Made by a program: the position numbers and the translations under genes | DNA from: the human T2T-CHM13v2.0 reference genome, Homo sapiens | Length of the DNA stretch: 64,000 nucleotides | Strand: one strand, 5' to 3' | NCBI RefSeq assembly: GCF_009914755.1 | Contig: NC_060928.1 | Shown here: one piece after another, positions 50,348-64,000 of the stretch | Layout of the letters: each line of letters begins with the position of its first letter | Numbering within the stretch: the stretch's first letter is position 1 | The notes under the pieces: generated by a model | The model's database searches: none | Seen by the model: the letters and a program-made list of their open reading frames with translations, nothing else | Told to the model about the DNA's origin: nothing

Positions 50348-50887
50348 TGTATTAGTGAGAGTTCTCCAGAACCAATAGGGTGTGTGTGTGTGTAGATATA
50401 TATTATGGAAGTTGGCTTGCGCAATTATGGAGACCTAGAAGTCCCATGATCTGCCCTCTGCAAGCTGGAGAACCAGGGAAGCCAGTGATGTACTTGAGTT
50501 TGAGCTTGAAGGCCTGAGAACCAGGAGAGCGGATGGTCTTGCTCCCAGGTCGAGGCCAAAGGCCTAAGCACCAGCGTGGCTGGTGGTGTAAGTCCTGGAG
50601 TCCGAAGGCTCAAGAACCAGGAGCTCCAATGTAAGGGAGGTGGAGAAGATGGCTGTCCCAGCTCCGGAAGAGACCGAATTGGCCTCTCCTCTGCTTTTTT
50701 ATTCCATTCCAGCCCTCAATGGAATGACTGATGTCCGCCCCCATTGGAGAAGGTGATCTTCTTTACTCAGCCACTAATTCAAATGCTAATCTCTTCCAGA
50801 AGCACCCTCCCCCACACAGAAAAATGTTTCACCAGCTATCTGGGCCTCCCTTAGTGCAGTCAAGTTGACACATAAAGTTCGGCACAC
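50348..50887 (-). mobile_element. MLT2 (ERV-L) solo LTR
   Basis: TGTATTAGTGAGAGTTCTCCAGA...(GT)n...CAAGCTGGAGAACCAGG...GTCAAGTTGACACATAAA. Confidence 0.85.
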
Positions 50888-51061
50888 AATGTGTTGCATC
50901 CCCACTTGCTCCCAGCAGGTGCAAGCTTCTTTCTTTCATAGCAGCCCCACAGCTTTCTGTATCCTAGGTTGGCACAACTGCTTTGGCAGGGCGTATGTTA
51001 GAAACCTCTGGTTGGGCCATCATAGTGTCTCAGTTTGTGCTTGTGTCACCGTTTCTGAACA

Positions 51062-51258
51062 TTAATCCAATTGCCGTCCATCCTCACATAAATGGATGCC
51101 TGCTCTATGATTTATGTGTTCCTCATCCTTTTGTGGAATTCCACTGTCTGCTTCCATCTTTCTCTCTTTCATTCTTATGGCCTTAGCTGCTGCCTGGAGA
51201 TGCATGACCACCTGGGAAGCAGATCCTGAAGGTGTCAGGAACCAGGCTGGAGACAACG
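51062..51258 (-). CDS. Putative terminal coding exon of orphan ORF (ALSPAWFLTPSGS...CEDGRQLD*)
   Basis: Acceptor tttctattttgtctaaatcttactgcag|CG; a phase-1 start reads 64 further codons to TAA in unique sequence; in frame with exon 58320-58401. Confidence 0.45.
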
Positions 51259-51400
51259 CTGCAGTAAGATTTAGACAAAATAGAAATCTGGGGTGGTGAG
51301 AGGGTCCCAACTTCATTGCGATTATGAGAATTTCAAAGAAGTGACGTCTGATTTCTTGAGTAGGTTACTTAACATTATTTACAAGACATATGTGACCCTA

Positions 51401-51746
<346 letters not shown>

Positions 51747-52327
51747 TTAATATGAGGAAATTGTTCTTTTCCTGCATTTTTCCTGTTTCATATTAGTACA
51801 GGTAGGAACCATCTGGACATCATGTATTATTTTACCTGATGGGGAACACTCTCCTTCAGTGTTTCCTCCACAAACAAGTAAACATTCCATAATACGATTT
51901 TAGATAACTAGGGAGAATTTACCAAGATAAACCAAAGAACATTCCTTCCAAAGTATATTTTTCTTTAAAAGTTTTAATGGCAATTTCTTTACAAAGTTCA
52001 ATATATTATAAGACATGGAAAAATATATTGTACCCAGTATTTACTACAGTCATGAACTCTTAGAGTTTAAAATGTTGCTTTATTCAAAATCCAAAATTAT
52101 AACTTGAAGTATATGGAAAATTCCCAGAGCCTAAGCAAATGAAGTTAAATTGGCATGGGGCATATGCTTTTATTTATTTGTATTAAAAAATCAAGTTATC
52201 AAAATATTGGCAACATAATTTTAACGTCTAATAGAAAAGGCAAAATAAACATGGCTGATATGTTAAAAACACACACACGCAAAACCTACATTCCTGAAAA
52301 ATTTTAGTGCGTTTGCAAATCTGTTAC

Positions 52328-52525
52328 CAAATTGAACATCTATAAATGGAAAGATAAACAGTTCGAGAGTCAGCGAGTTCTGGGTTCCAGTCCCACTGTG
52401 TACACTCTGGGATTCTGCAGGCGGTGGCATGGCCAGAAGCCTGCAGGCTTGCCAAGAGGCCGTGGGCACAGCACCATGCCTGAGCGCAGAGTGGCAGTGA
52501 CTGGCTGGTAGCCCAGCACATGGGC
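52328..52525 (-). CDS. Candidate 198-nt cassette exon
   Basis: attcctag|GCCC...TTTG|gtaaca; phase 1-1; open reading frame; GC/CpG-rich relative to flanks. Confidence 0.25.
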
Positions 52526-52614
52526 CTAGGAATCTATTGTGGTGTCTGACACCATGCAGGTGTCACCACACATTGCTTTACCCGACAGATGGATGAACTG
52601 AATTTACAAATAGC

Positions 52615-53000
52615 TATAATTGGTTACCATCAGGGTGAAGACTTAGTATGGTGACAAAGAAATCCCCCAAATAGTGGCATAAAAACCTTTATGTGTATTT
52701 CTCTTTCTCAGAAAGCCATCCCTAGGTGGTGGGAAGTGCAGGCTGGCAAAGAACACGTTCCTCCCATCTGGTTAGGACATCGTCTTCTGCATGATGGGAA
52801 CCGGGTCAGAGGCACCTGCGTCTACCAGCTCGGGTGAAGGGAGAGGGTCGAGAAGTGCATGCTCAGTGTTTTAAGGCCCTGGTTCAGAGTGGCAGATGTC
52901 ACTTCCACTCAAACTCCAGTGGCTGGAACTCAGTCACAAGGCCACCACTCTCTCCATGGAAAGTTCAGAAACATCATCCTGGAAGCCCAGCCGCAAGTCA
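52615..53000. mobile_element. MLT1-type MaLR LTR remnant
   Basis: GTGACAAAGAAATCCCCCAAATAGTGGCATAAA and TGTCACTTCCACTCAAACTCCAGTGGCTGGAACTCAGTCACAAGGCC motifs. Confidence 0.55.
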
Positions 53001-53189
53001 AGGATCAGCACAGTGTTTGCGTAGTGTGAAGCCAATCTGGTAACTAGCCGTGTCCAGCTCAGACCCCTCCAGTGTCACCCGATATCTGTGTGTGCTCTTA
53101 TCCCACGCACAGACACACGAGGCACATGTGCCGCCCTCCACGGGGAGCCCCCAGAGTCCCCTCTGCATTTCCCCCAGCCCAAGGTCTAG

Positions 53190-53565
<376 letters not shown>

Positions 53566-54450
53566 TAAAGGGCCAGTTGTCTATGTCCCTCCCACTCACA
53601 ACCACAGTGGTGGAGCTGGAACAGCACATCTGCAGGGAAGACCTGGTTGGGACAAGGGAAGAGCAAAGGGAGGAGCAAAGGGCGGATCTCTGATGGTCCC
53701 CAGCTGGGCAGGAGTTGCTCACGCCCCACCCTGCCCCTGAGCGTGTCCTTGGACACTTCCCCCCACTGCGGCTGGCTCTGCGCCTCCCGGAGTCACCCTT
53801 GATCACCATCTCCCATGAATCTAGCTATGACAGCTGGCTTCACCTTTTGGAAAGGGTCTTCTCTATGCATTGTGTCCACACCCATATCCAAAGTGGAGTG
53901 GGGCTAATTGCTTGCTTAGGTTTCAAGTAGTCACAAGCATTTGTAAACCAGGTTTGTGGTTTTTAAAAATTTTGTGGGCTTCTTCGTGTGTTTATTTTCT
54001 TTCACTGAGTCCCAGGTTCCAGAAACCGCGCACAGAACTCCAGCCTGCACATAGTTCTCAGGCCTGCCTGATGGCCTGGCTTTTGGGATCCATCCCTCTC
54101 TTTATTGTAAAGGCACCAGTTCTGAGGCCATGGGAAACAGTGAGCTTATAGGTAGAGGTAACACCCCTAATCGGATCTTTTTGGCTTTGGCTTAACAGTA
54201 GGCCTTTAAGAAAGGCTCTGAAAACCAAGTTATGTATCTACTGCCATTGAGAGCACAGAAGCAGGAGGGATTTCTAGCCCCAGCCCCATCTGCTTTCTTC
54301 CATCTCTGCTTTAGAAGGAGCTAGTTCTTGCCTGTGTTTATTTATCTTGTAAAACCTCCCTAACGCAGCGAGGTCGAGCAACACAGATCCACACTCTGGC
54401 ACCACGGCTCCGGGTTTGGTCGGTACACGTTGTCTGCCTCTCAGGTTATC

Positions 54451-55076
54451 ACAGGGCACAGTCTTCCAAACATTTCACTCACAGGGCACAGTCTTCCAAA
54501 CATTTCACTCACAGGGCACAGTCTTCCAAACATTTCACTCACAGGGGACAGTCTTCCAAACGTTTCACTCACAGGGCACAGTCTTGCAAACGTTTCACTC
54601 ACAGGGCACAGTCTTCCAAACGTTTCACTCACAGGGCACAGTCTTCCAAACGTTTCACTCACAGGGGACAGTCTTCCAAACGTTTCACTCACAGGGCACA
54701 GTCTTGCAAACGTTTCACTCACAGGGCACAGTCTTGCAAACGTTTCACTCACAGGGCACAGTCTTCCAAACGTTTCACTCACAGGGCACAGTCTTCCAAA
54801 CGTTTCACTCACAGGGCACAGTCTTGCAAACGTTTCACTCACAGGGCACAGTCTTGCAAACGTTTCACTCACAGGGGACAGTATTCCAAACGTTTCACTC
54901 ACAGGGGACAGTATTCCAAACGTTTCACTCACAGGGGACAGTATTCCAAACGTTTCACTCACAGGGGACAGTATTCCAAACGTTTCACTCACAGGGCACA
55001 GTCTTCCAAACGTTTCACTCACAGGGCACAGTCTTCCAAACGTTTCACTCACAGGGGACAGTCTTGCAAACATTTC
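54451..55076. repeat. 30-bp VNTR/minisatellite, 21 units (last partial)
   Basis: Unit ACAGGG(C/G)ACAGT(C/A)TT(C/G)CAAAC(A/G)TTTCACTC in perfect 30-nt register. Confidence 0.98.
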
Positions 55077-55439
55077 CCCGCGCATAACAAGGCTCACTGG
55101 TTCCCTACCCTGAAATAAACATGCCTTCCTCTGCTGCCTCCTGGCCGCTTACTCAGTGGACAGGTTCTAGGTCCTGTTGTGTCAGCATCCGAGTTGCAGG
55201 TGGTGGTTCTGGCTCTATCAGTTGCAGGGAAACTAAGCTGCCGATATAAAGAGGTACCATGATACCCCGAGTTAAAATAGGGTGACGTGTAATTCACTTG
55301 GACAGCGAAAGGGAATGCCATTTAAAATGATGCCAAGACAACAGACGTAAAACAAATTGAAACCATGTTCATGCTATTTAAAAACCAACGTTTCTTTCAC
55401 TGTCACGTAAGCGCACTGCGGTGAGGGGTCTGAATTGAC

Positions 55440-55770
55440 GGTGTGGCCCTCTCCATGGGGGCATTCCAGGGAACCAGCTCCTTCCATCTTCTTTTCCTCC
55501 ATTCCCTGGGGTGTTTTCCCCAGGGTCCAATAGGACCTCAGCATTTTAGAGAGAGACAGACAGAAAGTATGGAAGGGTGCTTGCCCGATACTTGAAGGCC
55601 AGGACCGGGAGTGGCAAACATCACTTTATTCTCATGTCATTGGTGAGAACCGTTGCATCGGTTCTGCAAGGATGACTTGGAAATGTGGTATCTGACTGGG
55701 CAGCCATGGGCCCAGCAACAAGGGTGGTTGCTCTGGAGTAAAGGGAGGGAGGTTTAGCTGGATATCCAGA
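55440..55770. mobile_element. MLT1-type MaLR remnant
   Basis: CATTCCAGGGAACCAGCTCCTTCCATCTT and GAGTGGCAAACATCACTTTATTCTCATGTCATTGG motifs. Confidence 0.5.
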
Positions 55771-57574
55771 GTCCTCCATCAGGAACTCTTTCCTCATTTG
55801 TAATTTAAGGATAAAATACCCAGAGTCTGTAGGCTTTCATAACTTCCTTCAGATGGTATCTACATGTTTATTAACTTCATTCACTCATTAAAGAACCCGG
55901 CTTGGAAGTCTCCAGGGCCTGAAGCTTTAACCTAACTTTTGACATATGTGGGCTTCCATCATTACTTTTCCTATTCATGCTTAGTTTTGTAGTATTTCGG
56001 TAGTGTACTATTTTTTATACAAATTGACCTCCCTCTTTCTGTAAGCACTGACATTATTCTCAATTATTAAATGGTACAGCCTTTATCATTATATTAGTCA
56101 GAGATTCCCAACTTTGCTTATCAAAGAAAAATTATTTTTTATCCTTCTCTTTTCGTTAATTCCTTAACTATATGTTCATATTTTCCCTGATTGTGCCTAA
56201 GACTTGAGCTACTGTCTTAAGAGCAGTCAGCATCCAAGTGTTCTCTGTAGTATTTTATTGCTTGGAAAAATGTTACTGAATCTTACCTAACAAGAATAAT
56301 GATTAAATAGTTTTGCTTCCTTTTTTGGTGGCAATGCAAACACCTCTTTTGGTGGTGGACTCCAGCCCTTCTTTGTGCCCGGCGGCGATGACGGCTGATC
56401 GGACTCTTCCCTTCCCTGGGAATGAGTTTCCCACCGCTTTTCACTGCTCACATCATTAACTTTGGTGCTTAGGGATTTACTAATTGAAGCCTTGACAATC
56501 TCCTACTGTTAGAGAGGCTTGGTTTGGCAAAACAACTTGGAGGCTGTTTTCACCAAAGAAGGATGACTTATGTGCTCATCATACACAGAAGGTGCTGGGT
56601 CTCAGCCCTTAGTACTTCTCAATCCTTCAACATTCCACATTTCAAATCCAGTGTTAAGAATATAAGTCCCCACTGTCCCCCGAAATCTTGGGGTAAGTAA
56701 GTGCGGAGCAATCGCCTGCTTCGAGATGCTTTTTCCCAGTTGTTTATCTTCTCTAGGGCACGTTACCTAGCCTTGAAGTCAATTAACTCTTCCAGAAAGC
56801 TAGCATAGCATTTCGACTGGGCCACCACTGCAGTGGCCTGAAAGAGTCACTGTGCTTTATAAAAGTTAGGAGTTTTAGAAGAAGATAGCTGGGGGAATTT
56901 GTCTCACTGTGGGATCAATCGCTGAGTGAGATAATTCTCTTTGCATAAAAACTGCCTTGAGGTGAAAATGTCAACGTATGAATGTACTGTGCAAACATGA
57001 ATTTATGAAAGGACTAAGTGTGAAATGAACAATTAATTAATGACTGAAGGTTGAAGGGCTCGTTTTACGCACAGATGACAGTGGTTGTGAAGATGACACC
57101 GGAACATGCACTTCCGACTGGGCTGTTGTATTTCCACGAAACACTATCAGAAGGACGATGGAGCTTTCTTCTTCTTTTCGGATTTTCCTAATACAGTATG
57201 TAAAAATAAAGCCTTTCATGGGAATTAAAATGAAAGAGTCCTTTCAGAGTCCCAAAAACACTACCCAAACCCTGCCAAGATTAATACGGTCAAACTTTCC
57301 ATGAAAAGCATAATTTCATGGGAGTTAGACTTGTTCAGATGTGTACAAAAAATACCTGTTGAGAACTCCTTTCTGATCAAAACACCATATGAAGGTAAAT
57401 TTGGTTGATCATATCACACCATTCATATTACCTTTGGTGTTGCTATGATAGCTTTTGTCCATGTCAAAGGTTGAAGTTTTGTTTTTTCTAGTTTAACATC
57501 AAACATACAATAATGTGCATTTATAAGTCTTTATATGTTTATGTCGTGCTTCCTCATGTCTGAGCTAGGTTTGT

Positions 57575-57720
57575 TAGATACTGTGTCTTTCTCCAATTTT
57601 TAACAAGGAAGAAAGTGAAGCACAGAGAACTTGCGTGACTTAAACCAAAACCATATAGCAAGTAAATGTGAACTCATATTGAGGGCTCCAAATCTATTGT
57701 TTTTCTGTCTACTAAAATAC
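57575..57720 (-). mobile_element. MIR
   Basis: GGAAGAAAGTGAAGCACAGAGAAC...GTGACTTAAACCAAAACCATATAGCAAGTAAATG. Confidence 0.6.
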
Positions 57721-57823
57721 TTCTACAGTATACCACGATTTTAATAAAACTGGATGATGTGAAACAATGGGTTGCATTTAGCATAGCTGTAGCCAGAGAC
57801 GGCACTTTTTCCTAATGCTGTAC

Positions 57824-57928
57824 CTTCGTCTTCAGAGCCTGTGCTGGCCACTCGCGTGGGGAAGAAAACAAAGCTCCTGGAAACGAGGTCACCTCCAGAC
57901 TTGCATTCTCTGGGCCTGCCCAGGAGAG
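57824..57928 (-). CDS. Candidate 105-nt cassette exon
   Basis: gcttctag|CTC...GAAG|gtacag; phase 1-1; open (ALLGRPRECK...GSEDE); weak pyrimidine tract. Confidence 0.25.
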
Positions 57929-58319
57929 CTAGAAGCGACCAGGGTGCTTTTGGGAACTGTGCTGCCTTTGAGAGATAGCATCGCTGTAAGCAACACTGCT
58001 GTCTCATTAGCACAAATTCGAATCTGGCTTTGTGCGAGATTTTCCACTCAGTCCTTGGTTATTGTCCTTTGGTGGAGAGATCTGGCAAATGAGATTTGAG
58101 TGACCTCATTCCTCTAAAACACCAGCTTAAGTCAGAAATTGAATTCTGCAAAATGGAAATGGCTTGAGGGCAAAGCAAAGTATGAAGACTGGACCAGTCA
58201 GGGAGGCTGCTAGAGGGAACAAATATAATGTGGCTCTCAGGATTGGATTTGGCTTCCTTTTTAAAGATCAATTAACAGGTGGTGTCGTTCCAGGTAGACC
58301 GGTTCGAAAAATAATTTAC

Positions 58320-58401
58320 CAAATACAGAAGTATTAGATTCCAGATTACGTACAAAATACAAAAGACTTGATTCATATTCTAATTGAATTTTCCATAATA
58401 C
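58320..58401 (-). CDS. Putative 82-nt internal exon (VLWKIQLEYESSLLYFVRNLESNTSVF)
   Basis: Strong acceptor tttattttaccttcag|GT and donor TTTG|gtaaat; only one frame is open (phase 0 to 1). Confidence 0.5.
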
Positions 58402-58779
58402 CTGAAGGTAAAATAAACTTCAAAAACATCACTAATATACTGACTTAATTAAAAAGCAAGATTATATCCTGAAAATATCCTAGAATAATAGTGCCTCAAT
58501 TGTAATTGGATGTGCCGTGTCATATCTCCTCTATAATTAGATCAGAATTGTCAAAAATAAAGGGTCAATCTGAACACTTTACTGCTGTTAAAGACAGACA
58601 CAGACACACACACTCATAAAAAAAGATAGCAAATGAGTTTAAAGCATGTATAGATCTATGGAAGAAGTAACAATGTCTGTGGTAAATTTATATGTAACGT
58701 AAATCATCATACAGAAATGAGTTTCCTTCTTGCAAAAAATAAACAAAATTGTGGTGCTTTAATGCTCTTCTGTGATTAA

Positions 58780-58960
58780 AGGGACGTAGGCTAAGGAGCC
58801 ACGTAGACTTAGGTTCATATCTCAGGCCTGTAAATATCTACATGGCCTTAGGCAAATTTCTTAATCTTCTTGAGTCTCAATTTACTCATCTGCGTAATAG
58901 GCTTGGTGATAACTGAGGTAAGCAGTGCTTGACCTTCAGCAGGTATTCCATAACGGTACA
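58780..58960 (+). mobile_element. MIR
   Basis: CCTTAGGCAAATTTCTTAATCTTCTTGAGTCTCAATTTACTCATCTG core. Confidence 0.7.
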
Positions 58961-60024
58961 TTCCTGACCTTTCTAACCTTGATATGATCGTTGCAGGTGG
59001 TGGAGTACATTTTGGCATCTACTACCTGTTTTGCTGGCAGGGTAGAACTTTGTAAGTCAAATGCTATTAATTAGTATCCTGTAATATTTCTAACAATCAT
59101 ATTTTTTGCAATTTAAACTTTATGGAATATACATTTACATTTTAATTTTGTCACTTTCCGCTGCATGTTCACAGATTGAGTCATTATGAACTACTGACTT
59201 TTCCGTAGTTTTGCAAATGATTTTAAAAAATACTATTCACAAACATTTTTTGCCCATCTGCTAAATTTTCAACACTTTCGACTTGCTTTATTCAGTGTTC
59301 AAGTCATAAACTTCTTAGTTGTTTGGCAAAGATAGATACCTGAAATAAATGAGCATTGTATTGTAACCAAGCAGAGTGATACACTCTTTTAAAAATACTT
59401 TTTATTTTTTAAATTGACACACAATAATGATATATATGTATGGGTACATAGTGATGTTTCAATACATACAATGTACAATGATCAGATCGGGGTAATTAAC
59501 ATATCTGTCACATCAAACATTAAGTATTTATTTGTGTTGGGAACATTCGATAACCCCTCTCCTAGCTATTTGAAAATATACAATGAATTTTTGCTAACTA
59601 TAGTCAGCCCACAGTGATACAGAAACTAGAACTAATTCCTCCTATCTAGCTGTAACTTTGTATCCTTTAACCAATCTCTCCCTATCAATAACTACTATTC
59701 TACTTTCTACTTCATGAGATCAACTTTTTTAGCTTCCACATATGACAACATGTAGTGTTTATCTTTCTGTTTCTGGCTTGTTTCATTCAGCATAATGACC
59801 TCCAGTTCCATCCATGTTTCTGTGAATGACAGAATGTCATTCTTTTTATGCCTGAATAGTATTCCATTGGGTGTGTGTCTGTCCGTGTGTGTGTGTGTGT
59901 GTGTGTATACATGCACACCATATTTTCTCTGCCCATTCATCTGTTGATGAACACCCAGGTTGATTCTATATCTGGACTATTGTGAACAGTGCTGCGATAA
60001 ACATGGGGATGCAGGTATCTCTTA

Positions 60025-60335
<311 letters not shown>

Positions 60336-60678
60336 ATTATATATATATATATACACACTGATTTCCTTTCCTGTGGATATATGCCCAGCAATGGGATTGC
60401 TAGATCATATGGTAGGTCAACCTGTAGCTGTTTGAGGAAACTTTAAATTATTCTTCGTAGTGGCTGAACTAGTTTACATTCCCACCAACAGTATATAAGA
60501 GTCCCCTTTAACCCTCAGCAGCATTTGTTGTTTTTTGTCTTTTTGAAAATTGCCATTGTAACTAGAGTGAGGTGATATCTCATTGTGGTTTTGATTTGCA
60601 TTTCCCTGATGATTAATGATGTTGTGGATTTTTTCATATACTTATTGGCCATTGTGTGTCTTCTTTAAATAAATGTCA

Positions 60679-60780
60679 CGAGCCCAGGAAGTGAAGGTTG
60701 CAGTGAGCCAAAATCATGCCACTGCACTGCAGCCTGGGCAACAGAGACAAACCCTGTGTCAAAAAAAAGAAAAGAGAGAG
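60679..60780 (+). mobile_element. 5'-truncated Alu in L1
   Basis: GAGCCCAGGAAGTGAAGGTTGCAGTGAGCC...A tail; TSD AAATGTC. Confidence 0.85.
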
Positions 60781-62969
60781 AAATGTCTATTCATACATAT
60801 CCTTGTCCACTTTTTTATGACATTATTTGTGTTGTTTTAAACTGTTGAGTTGTTTGAGCTCCTTGTATAGTTTGAATATTAGTCCCTTATCAAATGAATA
60901 GTTCACAAATATTTTCTCCCATTCAGCAGGTTGTCTCTTCACTCTGTTGATTGCTTTCTTTGATGTGCAGAAGCTTTTGAGTTTAATATAGTCCTATTTG
61001 TCTATTTTTGTTTTTATTGCCTGTGCTTTGGAGGTCTTAGCCATAAAATTTTTGCCTAAACCAATGTCATGCAATGTTTCCTCTATGCTTTCTTCTAGCA
61101 GTTTTACAGTTTCAGGTCAGCCATTCTAGCATTTAATCCATTTTGAGTTGATATTTTGTATATAATGAGATATATGGGTCTAGCTTCATTCTTCTGTGTG
61201 TGGATATCCAGTTTTTCCAACATTATTTATTAAAGAGACTGTCCTTTCCCCAATATATGTTCTTGACACTTTTGTCAAACATCAGTTGGCTGTAAATACC
61301 TGAACCTATTGCTGGATCCTCTATTTTATTCCGGTGATCTATGTGTCTGTTTTTATACCAGCACCGTGCTGTTGTAGTTACTACAGCTTTGTAGTATATT
61401 TTGAAATCTGGTAGTGTGATGTCTCCAGCTGTGTTCTTTTTGCTCAGAATTGCATTGGCTCTTAGGTATTCTTTGTGGTTCCATATGAATATTAGGATTG
61501 TTTTTTCTCTTCTTGTGAAGAATATTATTGGTAGGGATTTCATTCAATCTGTAGATTGCTTTGGGTATAGTCATTTTAACAATATTCATACTTTCAGTTG
61601 ACGAACATGGGCTGTCTTTCCATTTTTTGTGTCCTCTTCAATTTCTTTCATTAGTATTTTATAGTTTTCCTTGTAGATATCTTTCACCTCGTTGGTTAAA
61701 TTTATTCCTAAGTATTTTATTATGTGGGTAGCTATTGTAAATGGGATTACTTTCTTGATTTCCTTTTCAGCTAATTCATCACTGGTGTACAGAAACACTG
61801 CCAATTTTTGGTATGTTGATTTTGTATCCTGCAACTTTACTGAATTTGTTTATGAGTTCTAAGAGTTTTACGGTGGAGTTTAGGTTTTTCCAAATGTAAA
61901 ATCATGTTGTCTGCAGAAATGGACAATTTGACTTCCTCCATTCTAATTTAGATGACTTTATTTCTTTTACTTGCCTAATAGCTCTGGCTGGGACTTCCAG
62001 TATTATGTTGAATAAGTATGGCGAGAGTGGGCATTCTTGTCTTATTCCAGTTTAGTATGTTGTTAACTGAGGTTTTGTCATATACAGCCTTTATTGTGTT
62101 GAGATATGTTTCTTCTATACCTAATTTTTTAAGAATTTTCATCCTGAAAGGTTGTTGAATTTTACCAAATCCTTATTCTGTGTCTATTGAGATGATCATG
62201 TGGTTTTGTCCTTCATTGTGTTGATGTCATGTATCATAATACACTCTTATTTAGTAAGAATGAGATCATGACTCTATCTGATTTTAGGAGCCACATTCTC
62301 TGAGCTGATAGCATAACTGTTTAGAACATGAAAAATAAGAATTCAGACAAACTGATCACTCATAAACATGAGACTTTAAGTTCTAAATTTTTTTCTGATA
62401 TGTTAATATTGGAGGAGTTTTCAGGTTTCAGAATCTTGGCCATTCACATTTCATGTTATCAGAATAAACAAATTCCATAGAAACTTTAGGGCTGAATCAT
62501 ATTTCACATAATGTCACCAACCCAATCAACATCTGAATGCATGTTTTAATGTCTAAGTTTTCTTGCAATGGCTTCTATTTAAAATTTACAAAGCTGTTTT
62601 ATTTCTGCTGACGTGTAAAACTCTAGGCTTTGCTTCTCAACCACTTCCTTCACACCCACAAAAATCTTAGATTTTTTTTTTCTTTATTCTCTAGGTTCTA
62701 GGTCTGTTAATGCTTTCAGACATCCAATTAAATATACTGACTTTTTTACATAATCATTCATATCATGGCAATATTGGCTTTGCCCTGTAAAATCTGCCTT
62801 ATGTATAACTCTGTATAAAACAAAATCATATACAATGATTTATGAAACATTTTAGATTTTTCATTAAGTTTTAAGTAGCAAACTAGTATGATTAACTGTG
62901 GGTAAAGCAGGACTAAATCCAATCACCCTAAACAGACTAACATCTCAATGATTGAAAAAAAGATTCAAT

Positions 62970-63520
62970 TTGTATTGAGAAGATCTGTTCTTTTGTTTCC
63001 CCTATCCCATCACTTCCTTTGATGACAGCATCTTGATTTTCTTCAGCAAGCCACATCGTTCCTCTTCACTTCCAGACCATGTGGTTTTGGGGGTGCTGAT
63101 GCCAACTCCAGGCTCTAGTTAATCCTGGTCTGGACCATTGGCATATCCCAGACCTCTGGCTTCGGTGATTGGTTTAAGGATGGTCACATGACCCAAGGTG
63201 TTCAGGGGAGAGTTGACCACAGGATGTTAGTTGAACCATTGAGAAAACAATGAGCTTCCTTTCCTACCAGGCTGCTAAACTGCCATAAGGTGAGCTTGGG
63301 GAAGTGAAAAACTTCTCGCCACCATGTCGGGAACCTGTCCTAGAGGGAAGTCCACATCTTGAAAACCAGAGCTGAGACATAAAGACGAGGTCCGTACAAC
63401 AGCATTTGATTTGGGTATCTGGGACGTTTCAAATAATGTGAGGCAACATATTCCTTTTTTAGTTGGCTGGTTTGTTATAGCAATTTTTAATGGGATTTCT
63501 GTCCCTTGTAACCAGAATAA
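62970..63520 (+). mobile_element. MLT1-type MaLR LTR
   Basis: GTGATTGGTTTAAGGATGGTCACATGACCCAA and 3' GGGATTTCTGTCCCTTGTAACCAGAA motifs. Confidence 0.65.
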
Positions 63521-64000
63521 TCGTGATCAACATCACAGTCTTTTAAGAGATCTGAAGGAAACTACATTCCTCAGAATCCTTAAGCATAGATCAAATAACA
63601 ACATAAAGAAAATTCGAGTAATTTAAATTGCTGCTTTGTGCTTTGATCTATCTGAAATGTCCTCGACCCAGCCTACTAAGATAATGTTGTCAATTATCCT
63701 GACATTCCTCTTTGTTGAAATAAAGATGCTTTTCTTCAGAACCTCACTTTAGCCCAGAAGCAAGCTGACAAGCTTCAAGGAAACTTAAATTGGCATTAAA
63801 TTTAAGGTGCTTGCAATTCACGTGACTGTATCCCAGGGCTTGGAGTCTGCCATGCGTGAGTTTCCTCCTCCAGCCATGCTGGGCTGCACCCCATTGCCTG
63901 CATGTGGCGTCCCCTTCCCACTTATTGACCTTCACACACATGGTTCCGTCCACCAAGAATGCTCTTTGCTCTTCTTTGGATCTAATTAACTTCTATTTAT

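Noticed and set aside
54451-55076. CRISPR-like array
   Set aside because: Units are head-to-tail with no unique spacers, there are no cas genes, and the context is primate
54416-55113. Three 218-227 aa ORFs, the longest in the window
   Set aside because: They are a by-product of a stop-poor 30-nt repeat unit that is open in several frames on both strands; no credible start or splice context
61223-61834. Reverse-transcriptase-region-like ORFs (also 49637-49882)
   Set aside because: Frameshifted L1 ORF2 remnants, not functional genes

Overview
Primate (human-like) genomic DNA. It is mostly intergenic/intronic and dominated by transposable elements: about 34 Alu copies or fragments, old L1/L2/MIR, a two-LTR ERV1 (MER39-like) provirus at ~20.6-29.7 kb, several solo LTRs and a Tigger DNA transposon. 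No prokaryotic genes, CRISPR array or RNA genes are visible, and most ORFs in the track derive from repeats. Main observations: (1) a ~7-8 kb segment (30.76-38.85 kb) flanked by a ~600-bp inverted duplication that splits one old L1 and one Alu, which is the signature of a staggered-break inversion; (2) phase-compatible minus-strand exon candidates at 51-58.4 kb that splice into a short orphan ORF, tentatively the 3' end of LINC01619/C12orf79 (from memory, unverified); (3) an intronic 21-copy 30-bp VNTR with a readable internal variant code; (4) a Tigger13-like element that retains decayed transposase DNA-binding domains. Repeat family names come from recalled consensus features, not a database search. 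Boundaries are approximate unless target-site duplications (TSDs) are quoted.
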